A DNA stretch of 64,000 bases from an uncultured Chloroflexia bacterium (GTDB lineage Bacteria; Chloroflexota; Limnocylindria; Limnocylindrales; CSP1-4), in contig CAWHRB010000002.1 in NCBI GenBank assembly GCA_963831715.1, positions 225,338 through 289,337 on the forward strand, given 5' to 3'. Position 1 is the first letter of the stretch; the number at the start of each line of letters is the position of its first letter. This document shows positions 45,187 to 54,571 of this stretch, one piece after another. Made by a program: the position numbers and the translations under genes. The notes below the pieces were generated by a model. The model saw nothing but the letters and a program-made list of their open reading frames with translations, did no database searches and was not told the DNA's origin.

Positions 45187-45257
45187 TCTCCCACGGCCCC
45201 CGCAGAGGGCCGCCCCGGCGGCTCCGGCCGTTCGCGGCGCGGCGGCCCCGGCGGCAT

Positions 45258-45456
45258 TTGGAACATGACATGTTCCGTCCGACCGGCGAACCCGCGCTTT
45301 TCGGTCGATCGGAACATGTGGGGTTCCAGATCACCGGTAATCGGGCATTTCGACGGCTCAGACAGGCCTTCGGCGGTCGCTTGGAACATGTGATGTTCCA
45401 CGTGCGGATGAGGACGTCGAATCAGGACGTCGGCCGGGCCCGGAACTCTGGTTCGG
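45258..45456. promoter_or_regulatory. Three GGAACATG-N-CATGTTCC-type palindromes plus a Cheo-like box, in the obg upstream region.
   Basis: 45258..45277 ttGGAACATGaCATGTTCCg. 45311..45327 GGAACATGTGGGGTTCC. 45381..45400 ttGGAACATgtgATGTTCCa. 45441..45456 cGGAACtctgGTTCGg. Confidence 0.5.
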
Positions 45457-45518
45457 GCCTGCGGGGCCCGGAACAGGCGGACCTGCAATGCCGCCGAGGG
45501 CTTTGCGCCCCTCAGCGC

Positions 45519-46739
45519 CTACAGGAACGCGAGCGGATTGATCCGAGTCCCACCGTCCCAGATGCGGCCGCGCCACACCTCGAAGTGGAGGTGCGAGCCG
45601 GTCGCGAAGCCGGTCGCACCCATGCGGCCGACGCGCTGGCCGCGCCCGACGCTTTGGCCGCGTCCGACCGAGACACCCGACATGTGGTTGTACGTCGTGT
45701 ACAGACCAGAGCCGTGGGCGATCCACACCTGGTAGCCACCGCCGTTGTTCTTCCAGCCCGCGAAGACCACGGTTCCGGACGCGGCCGAGAAGATCGAGTC
45801 GCCCGTCGAGCCGTCGATATCGATGCCGTAGTGGCCGTAGTGGAAGTACTGGCTGATGTGGTGGCTCGAGGTCGGCCACGCCATCGACCCGCCGTTGTAG
45901 CGAGCCGGCGGCCGCACGGAGCCCCCACCCGTCCGCGGACGGCTGGGTCGCGACACCAGGCTGGTCGGCTGCTTGCGGGCCTTGGGCTCCTTGATCTGCG
46001 CGCCTCGGGCGCCCGGCAGCACCAGCACCTGGCCGACGACGAGGTTGGGGTCATCGAGCTCGTTCGTCTTCAGGATGTCCTGCTCGTCGACCTTGAACTT
46101 CGTGGCCAGGCCGGTCAGCGTGTCGACCGGCGTGACCGTGACGACGACGCCGTTGACCGGCGGGATCAGTAGCTGCTGCCCGATATGGAGTTGGTCCTTC
46201 GCCTCGAGCTTGTTGGCCCACCACAACGTCATCATCTGGATGTCGAAGCGGTTGGCGATCGTCGACAGCGTGTCGCCCGACTTCACCTTGTACTTCCGGA
46301 GCAGGTCACTGCCGTCCTCGACCTTGGTGTCGACCGCGACGGGTTTGAGCAGCGTGCCGTCCTCGAGGAACGGGCCGTCGACCTTCGTCGCGGCGCTCGC
46401 CAGGGCGGCCGCGATGCCTGCGCGGTTGAGCGCATCGGCATCGGTGGCGTATCGATCGATGACCGGCTCGAGGTCGGGATGCACCATCGAGCCGACGGCA
46501 CCACCCTGGGTCTCGTGCTGGGCGTCCGTGACGTAGTCCTCGTCGACCGACGCGACGCCATCACCGTCGACCGACCCCGCGACCGCGAGCCGCGGACCCG
46601 GCCCATCACCTGACGGACCCCCGGTGTCGCCTCGTGGGCCGCCGGGGGTCACGCTCATGAACGATGCGGACAGCAGGATGCCTGCCGCAGCGATGGCCAC
46701 GATCCGTTCGTGACCGATGCCGACCATCAGCCGGCGCAT
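45519..46739 (-). CDS. LysM-domain plus M23 (LytM) peptidoglycan endopeptidase.
   Basis: Start chosen at the ATG at 46739 (MRRLMVGIGHERIVAIAAAGILL, a signal anchor). LysM motif YKVKSGDTLSTIANRF. M23 motifs HYGIDIDG and HLHFEV. Confidence 0.85.
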   Translation of the reverse strand: MRRLMVGIGHERIVAIAAAGILLSASFMSVTPGGPRGDTGGPSGDGPGPRLAVAGSVDGDGVASVDEDYVTDAQHETQGGAVGSMVHPDLEPVIDRYATDADALNRAGIAAALASAATKVDGPFLEDGTLLKPVAVDTKVEDGSDLLRKYKVKSGDTLSTIANRFDIQMMTLWWANKLEAKDQLHIGQQLLIPPVNGVVVTVTPVDTLTGLATKFKVDEQDILKTNELDDPNLVVGQVLVLPGARGAQIKEPKARKQPTSLVSRPSRPRTGGGSVRPPARYNGGSMAWPTSSHHISQYFHYGHYGIDIDGSTGDSIFSAASGTVVFAGWKNNGGGYQVWIAHGSGLYTTYNHMSGVSVGRGQSVGRGQRVGRMGATGFATGSHLHFEVWRGRIWDGGTRINPLAFL

Positions 46740-47331
46740 CACGTGCGGGAAGAATCGGATCGCGTCGCGCGCGGACGCCGCCGAGAACGACGCCGAGAAC
46801 GACGTTGCCCGAGCCGAGAACGACGTTGCCCGAAGCGACGATGCCCGAAGCGAGGACACGCGCAGGGACGGCCGATACAGCGTCAGCGACGGGAGGACGA
46901 ACGTGCGACGACGCCGTCGAGGGAGCGGATAGAGGTGTCGCGACGATGCGAGATAGCCGTATCGCGGACGCGAGACGCGCGCCGTGACCCGGGGTCGGGT
47001 CAGCTGTGGGAACGCGATCATCGAGTCGGGCGAGGTTCGGCGCACGCGGCCAAGGACGCGCTGGACGCCGACCGACGCATTGAGCAATACGGTCTCCTGA
47101 CGTGAGGACGAGCCCGGGCGCTTGGGGTTGGATTGGGCGCTGGGAGGGGGGTTGTCGGCCCGTCCGGGGTCGCGGTATCGAGCTGGGGGTCTCTCTTCGC
47201 GGCCGCGTCCGACATCACGCCGGACTTACGACATCGCGGCGAAACGTACCACGCACGGAACGGCCGTGGCAAACACGGAGGTCACCTGTGGTTCGATTCC
47301 GTGGCGTCGACGCATCGGCCTCGACGGCCGC

Positions 47332-48855
47332 TCAGGCGTCGAGATTCTTCGTGAGCGAGGCCAAGAATTCCGCGTTCGACTGGGTCTTCGAGAGGCGATT
47401 CAGCAGGATCTCGATGCCCTCGTTGGTACCGACGGCCGACAGCATGCGGCGCATCGTCCAGACCATCTTGAGCGTGCCTTCCTCGAGCAGGAGCTCCTCG
47501 CGGCGCGTTCCGGAGCGCTGCACGTCGATCGACGGGTAGATCCGCTTCTCGGCCAGCTTTCGATCGAGGATGAGCTCGGAGTTGCCGGTGCCCTTGAACT
47601 CCTCGTAGATGACGTCGTCCATGCGCGATCCGGTGTCGATCAGACACGTCCCGATGATCGTCAGGGATCCGCCTTCCTCGATGTTCCGGGCGGCACCGAA
47701 GAAGCGCTTGGGCGGGTATAGGGCGATCGGGTCGAGACCGCCCGACAGGGTCCTGCCCGACGGCGGCAGGGCCAGGTTGTATGCACGCGCCAGGCGGGTG
47801 ATCGAGTCGAGCAGGATGACGACGTCGCGACCGGTCTCGACCTGGCGCTTGGCGATCTCGAGCGCCATCTCGGCGACGTGGGTGTGGTTCTCGGTCGGCT
47901 CGTCGAACGTCGACGAGATGACTTCGCCCTTGACGCTGCGGCGCATGTCGGTGACTTCCTCGGGCCGCTCGCCGATGAGCGCGACCATGAGGAGGATCTC
48001 CGGGTAGTTGGCGCTGACCCCGTTCGCGATCTGCTTGAGGAGCATCGTCTTGCCGGCCTTCGGCGGGCTGACGATGAGGGCGCGCTGGCCTTTGCCGAGC
48101 GGGTTCACGAGGTTGATCAACCGCTGGCTCAGGTTCTTGGCGTCCGTCTCGAGGTTGATCAGTTCGTCGGGATGGACGGGCGTCAGGTCGGCGAATACCG
48201 GCCGCCGCCGGGCCGTGTCGGTGTCGACGCCGTTGACGCTGTCGACACGGAGCATGCCCCAGTACTTCTCTGCCTCGCGCGGTGCACGCACGGCACCCGA
48301 GATGCGGTCGCCGATGCGCAGCCCGAACCGACGGACCTGGCTGGAGCTGACGTACACGTCTTCCGGACTCGGCAGCAGGCCATGCCGGCGCATGAAGCCG
48401 AAGCCCTCATCGACGATATCGAGGATGCCGGTCGCGTACGCGTGGCCGGCACGCTCCGTTTGCTTCTGGAGGATGCCTTCGACGAGGTCATCCTTGCGGT
48501 CGGCCGTCACCGTCTCGAGCTCGAGGTCGCGGCCGACCTGGCGGAGCTCGGCGACGCTCATCTCGCGGAGGTCGCTGACATCGAGGTCATTGCGCTCGCG
48601 CGCAGCCTCGAGCTCCTGCTGCTCTTCGAATTCGCTGACGGGGGCGCGGAACGACGATTGGCCGCGTCGTCGCGGACGGCGGTTGCGAGACCGCTGGTCG
48701 GGGCCTGGGGCGGGCATCTGTTCGGGGTCACCTGGGTGCGATAGCGGGACGGACTCGACGGCCGAGGGGCCTGGTCCGGATCGCTTGGGGGCCGAGCGCG
48801 GATGCGCGCGGAATCGCTGCCGCGGCGCGGGTACCGGTCGGGATACGCGGAGCAT
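47332..48855 (-). CDS. rho: Transcription termination factor Rho, with a basic N-terminal extension.
   Basis: SPPKAGKTMLL (Walker A), OB/CSD region and GGSLTIIGTCLIDTGSRMDDVIYEEFKGTGN. The exact start is uncertain. Confidence 0.95.
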   Translation of the reverse strand: MLRVSRPVPAPRQRFRAHPRSAPKRSGPGPSAVESVPLSHPGDPEQMPAPGPDQRSRNRRPRRRGQSSFRAPVSEFEEQQELEAARERNDLDVSDLREMSVAELRQVGRDLELETVTADRKDDLVEGILQKQTERAGHAYATGILDIVDEGFGFMRRHGLLPSPEDVYVSSSQVRRFGLRIGDRISGAVRAPREAEKYWGMLRVDSVNGVDTDTARRRPVFADLTPVHPDELINLETDAKNLSQRLINLVNPLGKGQRALIVSPPKAGKTMLLKQIANGVSANYPEILLMVALIGERPEEVTDMRRSVKGEVISSTFDEPTENHTHVAEMALEIAKRQVETGRDVVILLDSITRLARAYNLALPPSGRTLSGGLDPIALYPPKRFFGAARNIEEGGSLTIIGTCLIDTGSRMDDVIYEEFKGTGNSELILDRKLAEKRIYPSIDVQRSGTRREELLLEEGTLKMVWTMRRMLSAVGTNEGIEILLNRLSKTQSNAEFLASLTKNLDA

Positions 48856-48992
48856 AGACCTGCCGACGACGGGTCGTCAACGATGCCGCGGCAGCCGGTC
48901 GTACTACCCGAACCGGCCCATCGTCGCGGGCGGGGACCGGTGCTCGCACATCGGGACCGTGTCGGCGACCATGGTCAGCCACACGAAGGGAG

Positions 48993-49433
48993 ATGCGCAT
49001 GCGGACCGGCCTCGGTATCGACGACCTCGGTGACCTGCTCGACAAGCCACTCATCGCGGTGCTCGCGACGCGCCGCGCGGACGACTCGATCATGCTCTCG
49101 CCGGTCTGGTTCGAATGGCATGAGGGCGGGATCAACATCTGGGTGCCGACGCCCGAGGGTGGCAAGGTCGGACACGTCCGCCGGGACCCGCGCGTCACGG
49201 TCGTCATCTCGACCAGCGACTGGCCGTACAAGGGCTTCGAGCTGCGTGGCGAAGCGACCGTGTCGACCCAGCCTGATGACTTCTACGGCGCGTTGCGCCG
49301 GACCGGCCTTCGCTACAGCGGGCCGGAGGCTGCCGAGCGGATGGTGTCCGAGTACGCGCCCGGCGCCGTGATCCGTTCGAGCCCGGCACGATCCGGGCCT
49401 GGGACTACGAGGACGAGGCCTGATCCGGGCTGA
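48993..49433 (+). CDS. Pyridoxamine-5'-phosphate-oxidase-like (PPOX-class, F420/FMN-binding split barrel) protein.
   Basis: LIAVLATRRADDSIMLSPVWFEW...RRDPRVTVV. Confidence 0.7.
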   Translation: MRMRTGLGIDDLGDLLDKPLIAVLATRRADDSIMLSPVWFEWHEGGINIWVPTPEGGKVGHVRRDPRVTVVISTSDWPYKGFELRGEATVSTQPDDFYGALRRTGLRYSGPEAAERMVSEYAPGAVIRSSPARSGPGTTRTRPDPG

Positions 49434-49468
49434 ACCAGGACGTCCGCGGCGCGGGCTACGATGCGTGG

Positions 49469-50119
49469 GTGCCCGATCCCGATGCTGCCGCGGCCCACCG
49501 TCGCTCGCCCGTCGCCGACCTGATCCGGACCCGGCGCCTCATCGCGATCCTGCGACGCATCGAGCCACAGGCACGGTTGCTCGACCTCGTCGCAGCCCTC
49601 GCCGAGGATGGCGTCCGCGCGTTCGAGGTGACGTTCGACGCTCCGACGGCGGGCGCCGATCTGGCGGCGATCCGAGCGAGGTTGGCAGGCTCGGGTCACG
49701 GCGAGGACGCGGTCGTCGGGGCCGGGACGATCGTGAGCACCGAGCGCCTGGAGGATGCGGTCACGTGCGGTGCGGCGTTCGTCGTCGCGCCGACGCTTGA
49801 CGTCGCCCTCGTCGAGCGGGCAGTCGGCATCGGCGTGCCGGTCATCCCTGGCGCGTACTCGCCCACCGAGATCGCACTGGCTTGGGGGAGCGGCGCGACT
49901 TTCGTCAAGGTGTTCCCGGCATCGAGCCTCGGACCACGGCACATCCGCGAGGTCCGCGCACCGCTGCCGGAGATCGAGATGATCGCGACCGGCGGGGTCG
50001 ACGCCGCGAGCGCCCGTTCGTTCCTGGACGCGGGATGCGTGGCGGTCGGCGTCGGCGGTGCGCTCGTCAATGCCAGTACGGACGACCGTCGGGCGATCGT
50101 CGAGGCGGTCCGGGCATGA
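49469..50119 (+). CDS. eda: KDPG/KHG aldolase (Eda family).
   Basis: LIAILRRIEP...AFEVTFDAPTA...GAGTIVS...FVVAPT...IPGAYSPTEI...FVKVFPAS. Confidence 0.85.
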   Translation: MPDPDAAAAHRRSPVADLIRTRRLIAILRRIEPQARLLDLVAALAEDGVRAFEVTFDAPTAGADLAAIRARLAGSGHGEDAVVGAGTIVSTERLEDAVTCGAAFVVAPTLDVALVERAVGIGVPVIPGAYSPTEIALAWGSGATFVKVFPASSLGPRHIREVRAPLPEIEMIATGGVDAASARSFLDAGCVAVGVGGALVNASTDDRRAIVEAVRA

Positions 50120-50919
50120 ATCGGCTCGCGGGCAAGGCGATCCTCATCACCGGCTCGACCGGGATCGCTGCGGCGACCGCCGAGCGCGCGGCAGCGGAGG
50201 GGGCGTCGGTGTTCGTCGTCTCCAAGACCGCGGAGCACGCCCGAACACTGGCGGATCGACTCGAGGGGGCCGCGTGGACCGCGGCGGACCTCACCGACGA
50301 AGCCGCGGTCGACGCGGCGGTGACCGCGGCACTCGATCGCTTCGGTCGCATCGACGGCCTGTTCTCGGCGGTCGGCGGCAGCGGTCGACGATTCGGCGAT
50401 GGGCCGCTGCACACCGTGACCGCCGAAGCATGGGAGGCCACCGCCGCGCTCAACCTCCGGACGCAGGTCCTCGTGTGCGGTCGGGTCGTGCGCGCGATGC
50501 GCGAGCAACCGCCCGATCCGTCCGGGATGCGCGGCTCCGTGCTCATCCTGGGCAGCGTCACCACGAGCGCCCCGGTGCCGGAGCTGTTCGGGACCCACGC
50601 CTACGCCGCGGCCAAGGGTGCGCTGACCGCGCTGATGACCACGATGGCCGCGACGTACATCGCGGACAGGATCCGGGTCAACCTCGTGATCCCGTCGCTC
50701 ACGAAGACGCCGATGGCGACGCGCGCCGCGAACGACGCCCACATCCTCGAGTACGCCGCACGGAAGCAGCCCCTGGCCGGCCCGATGCTCGACCCGGACG
50801 AGGTGGCCAAGGCCGCGATCTACTTCCTGTCCGACGAGTCGCGCGCGGTCACCGGGCAGTCGCTGGCGATCGACGGCGGCTGGTCGGTCGTGTCGACGAC
50901 TGCCGCACCATCGCCATGA
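50116..50919 (+). CDS. SDR-family oxidoreductase.
   Basis: ILITGSTGIAAA (TGxxxGxG) and the YAAAKGA catalytic motif. The ATG overlaps the eda stop. Confidence 0.85.
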   Translation: MNRLAGKAILITGSTGIAAATAERAAAEGASVFVVSKTAEHARTLADRLEGAAWTAADLTDEAAVDAAVTAALDRFGRIDGLFSAVGGSGRRFGDGPLHTVTAEAWEATAALNLRTQVLVCGRVVRAMREQPPDPSGMRGSVLILGSVTTSAPVPELFGTHAYAAAKGALTALMTTMAATYIADRIRVNLVIPSLTKTPMATRAANDAHILEYAARKQPLAGPMLDPDEVAKAAIYFLSDESRAVTGQSLAIDGGWSVVSTTAAPSP

Positions 50920-51129
50920 CCGGCGACCGCGATCGACCGGTGCGCACTGGCAACGCATATCGCGCCGATGTGGCGGAGAGTCGCTCGCCGGGTTGACGTT
51001 CGACCGACGCCGGACGTAGCGTCACCGTGGGCGGTGCGAGGAGGGCGCAACGCCCAGCCGGGGAAGCGCCAGAGAGCCAATTGGCCGTGCCGGCCGACCT
51101 GGCCGTCACGGATGGCGAGGGAGGTCGGC

Positions 51130-54100
51130 ATGCGACGCAAGGCTCGGTCCCTGTCTGTGCTCGTTGCGCTCATCGCGATCGTCGGCGCGCTGCCGACGAC
51201 CACGTCGGCGGCCTCGCCGAAGCGCGAGAAGCTCGACATGTATGAGGTCAGCGGCTCGGCGGCGGACGTCGGCGAAGCGACCAAGGGTCTCGAGCTCGTC
51301 GACATCCGGCACACGGCCGATGGCATGACGGCCGACGCGGTGCTCACGGCACGCCAGGCGGCGAAGCTCCGAAAGCAGGGCGTCACGGTCCGACTCCTGC
51401 GCAACGACAAGGGCCAGACGGTCACCCAACAGGCCCGGATCCAGGCGCTCAACGGTTTCACCGTGTGGCGCTCGTGGGACGAGCCCGGCGGCATCCGCGA
51501 CCAGCTCTATGACATCGCCGCGCGCAACCCGCAGCTCGCCAAGCTCGTCGTCCTGGGCAAAACGCACCAGGGACGCGAGATCATCGCGCTGAAGCTCACC
51601 CAGGGGGCACGCGGCAAGAAAGATGGATCGCGCCCAGCCGTCCTCTATTCCTCGCTCCAGCACGCCCGTGAGTGGATCAGTGTCGAGGTCAACCTTCGAA
51701 CGCTCAAGCACTTCGTGAGCCGCTGGCGGGCGAACGACAAGGCCGTCAAGGACATGCTCAAGGACCGCGAGCTGTGGTTCGTGATCGTCGCGAACCCGGA
51801 CGGCTACCAGTACTCCTTCGACGTCGAACGGCTGTGGCGGAAGAACCTCCGCGACAACGACGACGACGGCGAGATCACCGTCGTCGACGGCGTCGATCCG
51901 AACCGCAACTTCAACGAGCACTGGGGCTACGACGACGAGGGGTCGTCGCCGGACCCGACCTCGGAAACCTACCGCGGCCCGGCCCCGGCGTCGGAGCCCG
52001 AGACGCGGGCGATGCAAGGCCTGATCGATCGGATCAAGCCCAGGTTCATGTCGAACCTGCACTCGGTCGGCGAGTGGATCCTCTACCCGCAGGGCTGGCA
52101 GGTCGGGACGCTCGACGCTGACAACCCGATCTACGCCGCGCTCGCCGGCACGGACGCACACCCGGCCATCGCGGGCTTCAACCCCGGTCAATCGGCGGAC
52201 ACCCTGTACGTCACCAACGGCGAGACGACCGACTACGCGGACTCGACTGCCGGCACGGTCGCCTTCACGCCGGAGCTCAGCGACGGCGATTCCGGGGGCG
52301 GATTCGTGTTCCCGGACGACGAGGCGCTCGTCGAGGCCGAGTTCCAGAACGTGCTGCCCTTCCACCTCGCCCTGGCGCGCTCGGCGACCGACCCGGACGA
52401 TCCGGTGTCATCGGTCGGGATCAGCGTCGAGCCGTTCTACCTCGACCAGGACGAGATCGACCCGCAGAACGGGTCGCATTCACTGTTCGACTTCACATTC
52501 GACGTCTCATATGGCGACCCGCAGGAGGTGCGCGTCCTCGCGAAGCGCAGCCTCGGCGCCGTGACCCTCCACTACCGAATCAACGGCGGCAAGCCGAAGT
52601 CGGGCCGCACGAGCGAGTGGACCGGCGGCGAGCGCTACGGTCCCGGCAACGGCAAGTACTACCACGTCATGCGCGGGACGGTGACCGGCACCTCCCCGGG
52701 CGACGAGGTCGAGGTGTGGTTCACGGGTCGTGGCGCGACGAGCGACTCGTTCACCTACGACGTCGAGTCCGACAGCGGCCGCTCCCTGCTCGTCGTGGCC
52801 GCGGAGGACTACAGCGGCGCGTCGCCGCCCAAGCCCGACGTCACTGCGCCGCAGTATCTGAGCTTCTACACCGAAGCGCTCACCGCCAATAGCATCGCCT
52901 TCGACGTGTACGACGTCGACGCGAACGGCCGGACTGCGCCGGACAACCTCGGCGTGCTGAGCCACTACGACGCCGTCCTGTGGTACACGGGCGATGACGT
53001 CGTCACGCGCGAGCCCGGGTGGGGTCCCGGCAACGCCTCACGCCTGGCGATGCAGGAGATCAACGAGGCCCGCGACTTCATGAACGAGGGCGGCCGCGTC
53101 CTGTACACAGGCCAGCGTGCCGGCCAGCAGTACACGACCGGCCTCGGACTGCAGCTGTACGACCCGTTCGAGAACCGGCAGTGCAGTTCTGCCCCGGAGG
53201 TCGAAGCGCGCTGCCTGCCGCTGAGTGGCTCTGGCGACAACCAGGGCGATTTCGTCGAGTACTGGCTCGGCGCGGCGATCACCGCGCCTGATGGCGGGTT
53301 GGACCCGGACACCGGCGATCCATTCCCGATCACCGGCGTGGCAACCCCATTGGCTGGGCTCGACCTAGAGCGCAACGGGCCGGACAGTGCCGCCAACCAG
53401 GCGAGCGATTCGTCCTTCATCGCGGTCGAGGACTTCCTCTCGATCATCGATCCGGGAGCCAGCTTCCCGCAGTTCGCGAGCGAGATCTCGGCCGAGTACG
53501 AGTCCGGCATCGCCGGCCCGTTCGACCCGCACACCGGCGCGCAGTTCATGTGGTCGCAGCTCGCGGACGAGGGCTATAAGCGCCTTGCCCGGACCATCAA
53601 CGTGCCGGCAGGCGGCGCCACGCTGTCGTTCTGGACGAGCTACAACCTTGAGCTCGACTTCGACTACATGATCGTCGAGGCCCATCCGGTCGGCTCGGAT
53701 GAGTGGACGACACTTCCGGACGCGAACGGCCACACCAGTGACGATCTGAGTTTCGACCAGGCATGCACCAACGGCTGGAGCAGCACGAACGGTCCCGAGC
53801 CGCAGCTGCACCCGTTCCTCGCGCACTACCAGACGCACAACGCGGACGGGACCTGCACCAACACCGGCACGAGCGGCAGCTGGCATGCGGCCAACGGCAA
53901 CTCGGCCGGCTGGCAGCAGTTCTCGATCGACCTGTCCCCGTACGCCAGCAGCCAGGTGGAGGTCTCGATCACCGTCCTCAGCGACTGGGGCCTCCAGCAG
54001 TTCCCGGGTGTGTTCATCGACGACATCGAGGTATCGACGGGCGAAGGCACCACCTCGTTCGAGGACGATGCCGACCCGACGGACGGCTGGGCCATCACCG

Positions 54101-54297
54101 GTGCCCCGCAGGACGTCGACGGGATCGAGGGTCCCAACATCAACGACTGGACCCGCCGTGGCGGTTTCGGCATCAAGGAGGGTGCCGCGATCACGACGCC
54201 GGATTCGGTCTACCTTGGCTTCGGCTTCGAGGGTGTCAGCGGTGCGACGACTCGAAACGACGTGATGGACCGGATCGTCGACTACCTCTTGCGCTGA
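51130..54297 (+). CDS. Secreted M14-family zinc carboxypeptidase with large C-terminal beta-rich domains.
   Basis: GGGAGG SD. Signal peptide MRRKARSLSVLVALIAIVGALPTTTSAAS. M14 motifs SSLQHAREWIS and HSVGEWILYPQGW. Confidence 0.85.
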   Translation: MRRKARSLSVLVALIAIVGALPTTTSAASPKREKLDMYEVSGSAADVGEATKGLELVDIRHTADGMTADAVLTARQAAKLRKQGVTVRLLRNDKGQTVTQQARIQALNGFTVWRSWDEPGGIRDQLYDIAARNPQLAKLVVLGKTHQGREIIALKLTQGARGKKDGSRPAVLYSSLQHAREWISVEVNLRTLKHFVSRWRANDKAVKDMLKDRELWFVIVANPDGYQYSFDVERLWRKNLRDNDDDGEITVVDGVDPNRNFNEHWGYDDEGSSPDPTSETYRGPAPASEPETRAMQGLIDRIKPRFMSNLHSVGEWILYPQGWQVGTLDADNPIYAALAGTDAHPAIAGFNPGQSADTLYVTNGETTDYADSTAGTVAFTPELSDGDSGGGFVFPDDEALVEAEFQNVLPFHLALARSATDPDDPVSSVGISVEPFYLDQDEIDPQNGSHSLFDFTFDVSYGDPQEVRVLAKRSLGAVTLHYRINGGKPKSGRTSEWTGGERYGPGNGKYYHVMRGTVTGTSPGDEVEVWFTGRGATSDSFTYDVESDSGRSLLVVAAEDYSGASPPKPDVTAPQYLSFYTEALTANSIAFDVYDVDANGRTAPDNLGVLSHYDAVLWYTGDDVVTREPGWGPGNASRLAMQEINEARDFMNEGGRVLYTGQRAGQQYTTGLGLQLYDPFENRQCSSAPEVEARCLPLSGSGDNQGDFVEYWLGAAITAPDGGLDPDTGDPFPITGVATPLAGLDLERNGPDSAANQASDSSFIAVEDFLSIIDPGASFPQFASEISAEYESGIAGPFDPHTGAQFMWSQLADEGYKRLARTINVPAGGATLSFWTSYNLELDFDYMIVEAHPVGSDEWTTLPDANGHTSDDLSFDQACTNGWSSTNGPEPQLHPFLAHYQTHNADGTCTNTGTSGSWHAANGNSAGWQQFSIDLSPYASSQVEVSITVLSDWGLQQFPGVFIDDIEVSTGEGTTSFEDDADPTDGWAITGAPQDVDGIEGPNINDWTRRGGFGIKEGAAITTPDSVYLGFGFEGVSGATTRNDVMDRIVDYLLR

Positions 54298-54571
54298 CCG
54301 ATCCACGACGCGCTCGCCCGGGCGGGCGCGTCGAGACGACTGGCGCGAGTGGATGCCGAGGATGGTCGCTGCGCAGTGTCGTCCTGGGCATGGACGCCGC
54401 GCGGCGCGGCTACCACGCGGTGTACGGTGGGTCGCTGGGCCTGACCTGGCTGCCGGACGGGATCTCGGCGGCCATGGAGGAGCGTGGGCGCGGCGCCGAT
54501 GTCAGGCGACAGCTGTTCGTCGAGGATCCGGCCCGCGTGTTCTCGTTCGCAGCCGTCGGTGGAGGGAGTGC

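Noticed and set aside
45258-46172. 304-aa plus-strand ORF, and the 101-aa minus-strand ORF, covering the obg leader palindromes (translations repeat EHVMFQ / EHHMFQ).
   Set aside because: The apparent peptide repeats are simply the DNA palindromes read in frame. The downstream part is antisense to the M23 peptidase. No SD is present and the composition is non-coding.
46740-47087. N-terminal 116-codon extension of the LysM/M23 ORF from the ATG at 47087.
   Set aside because: The residues are R/S/L-rich with no secondary-structure-like pattern. A proper signal-anchor sequence begins at the internal ATG at 46739. This region is more likely a 5' leader.
48008-49033. Plus-strand 341-aa ORF upstream of, and overlapping, rho.
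   Set aside because: It is antisense to the Rho ATPase core and has a non-protein-like composition.
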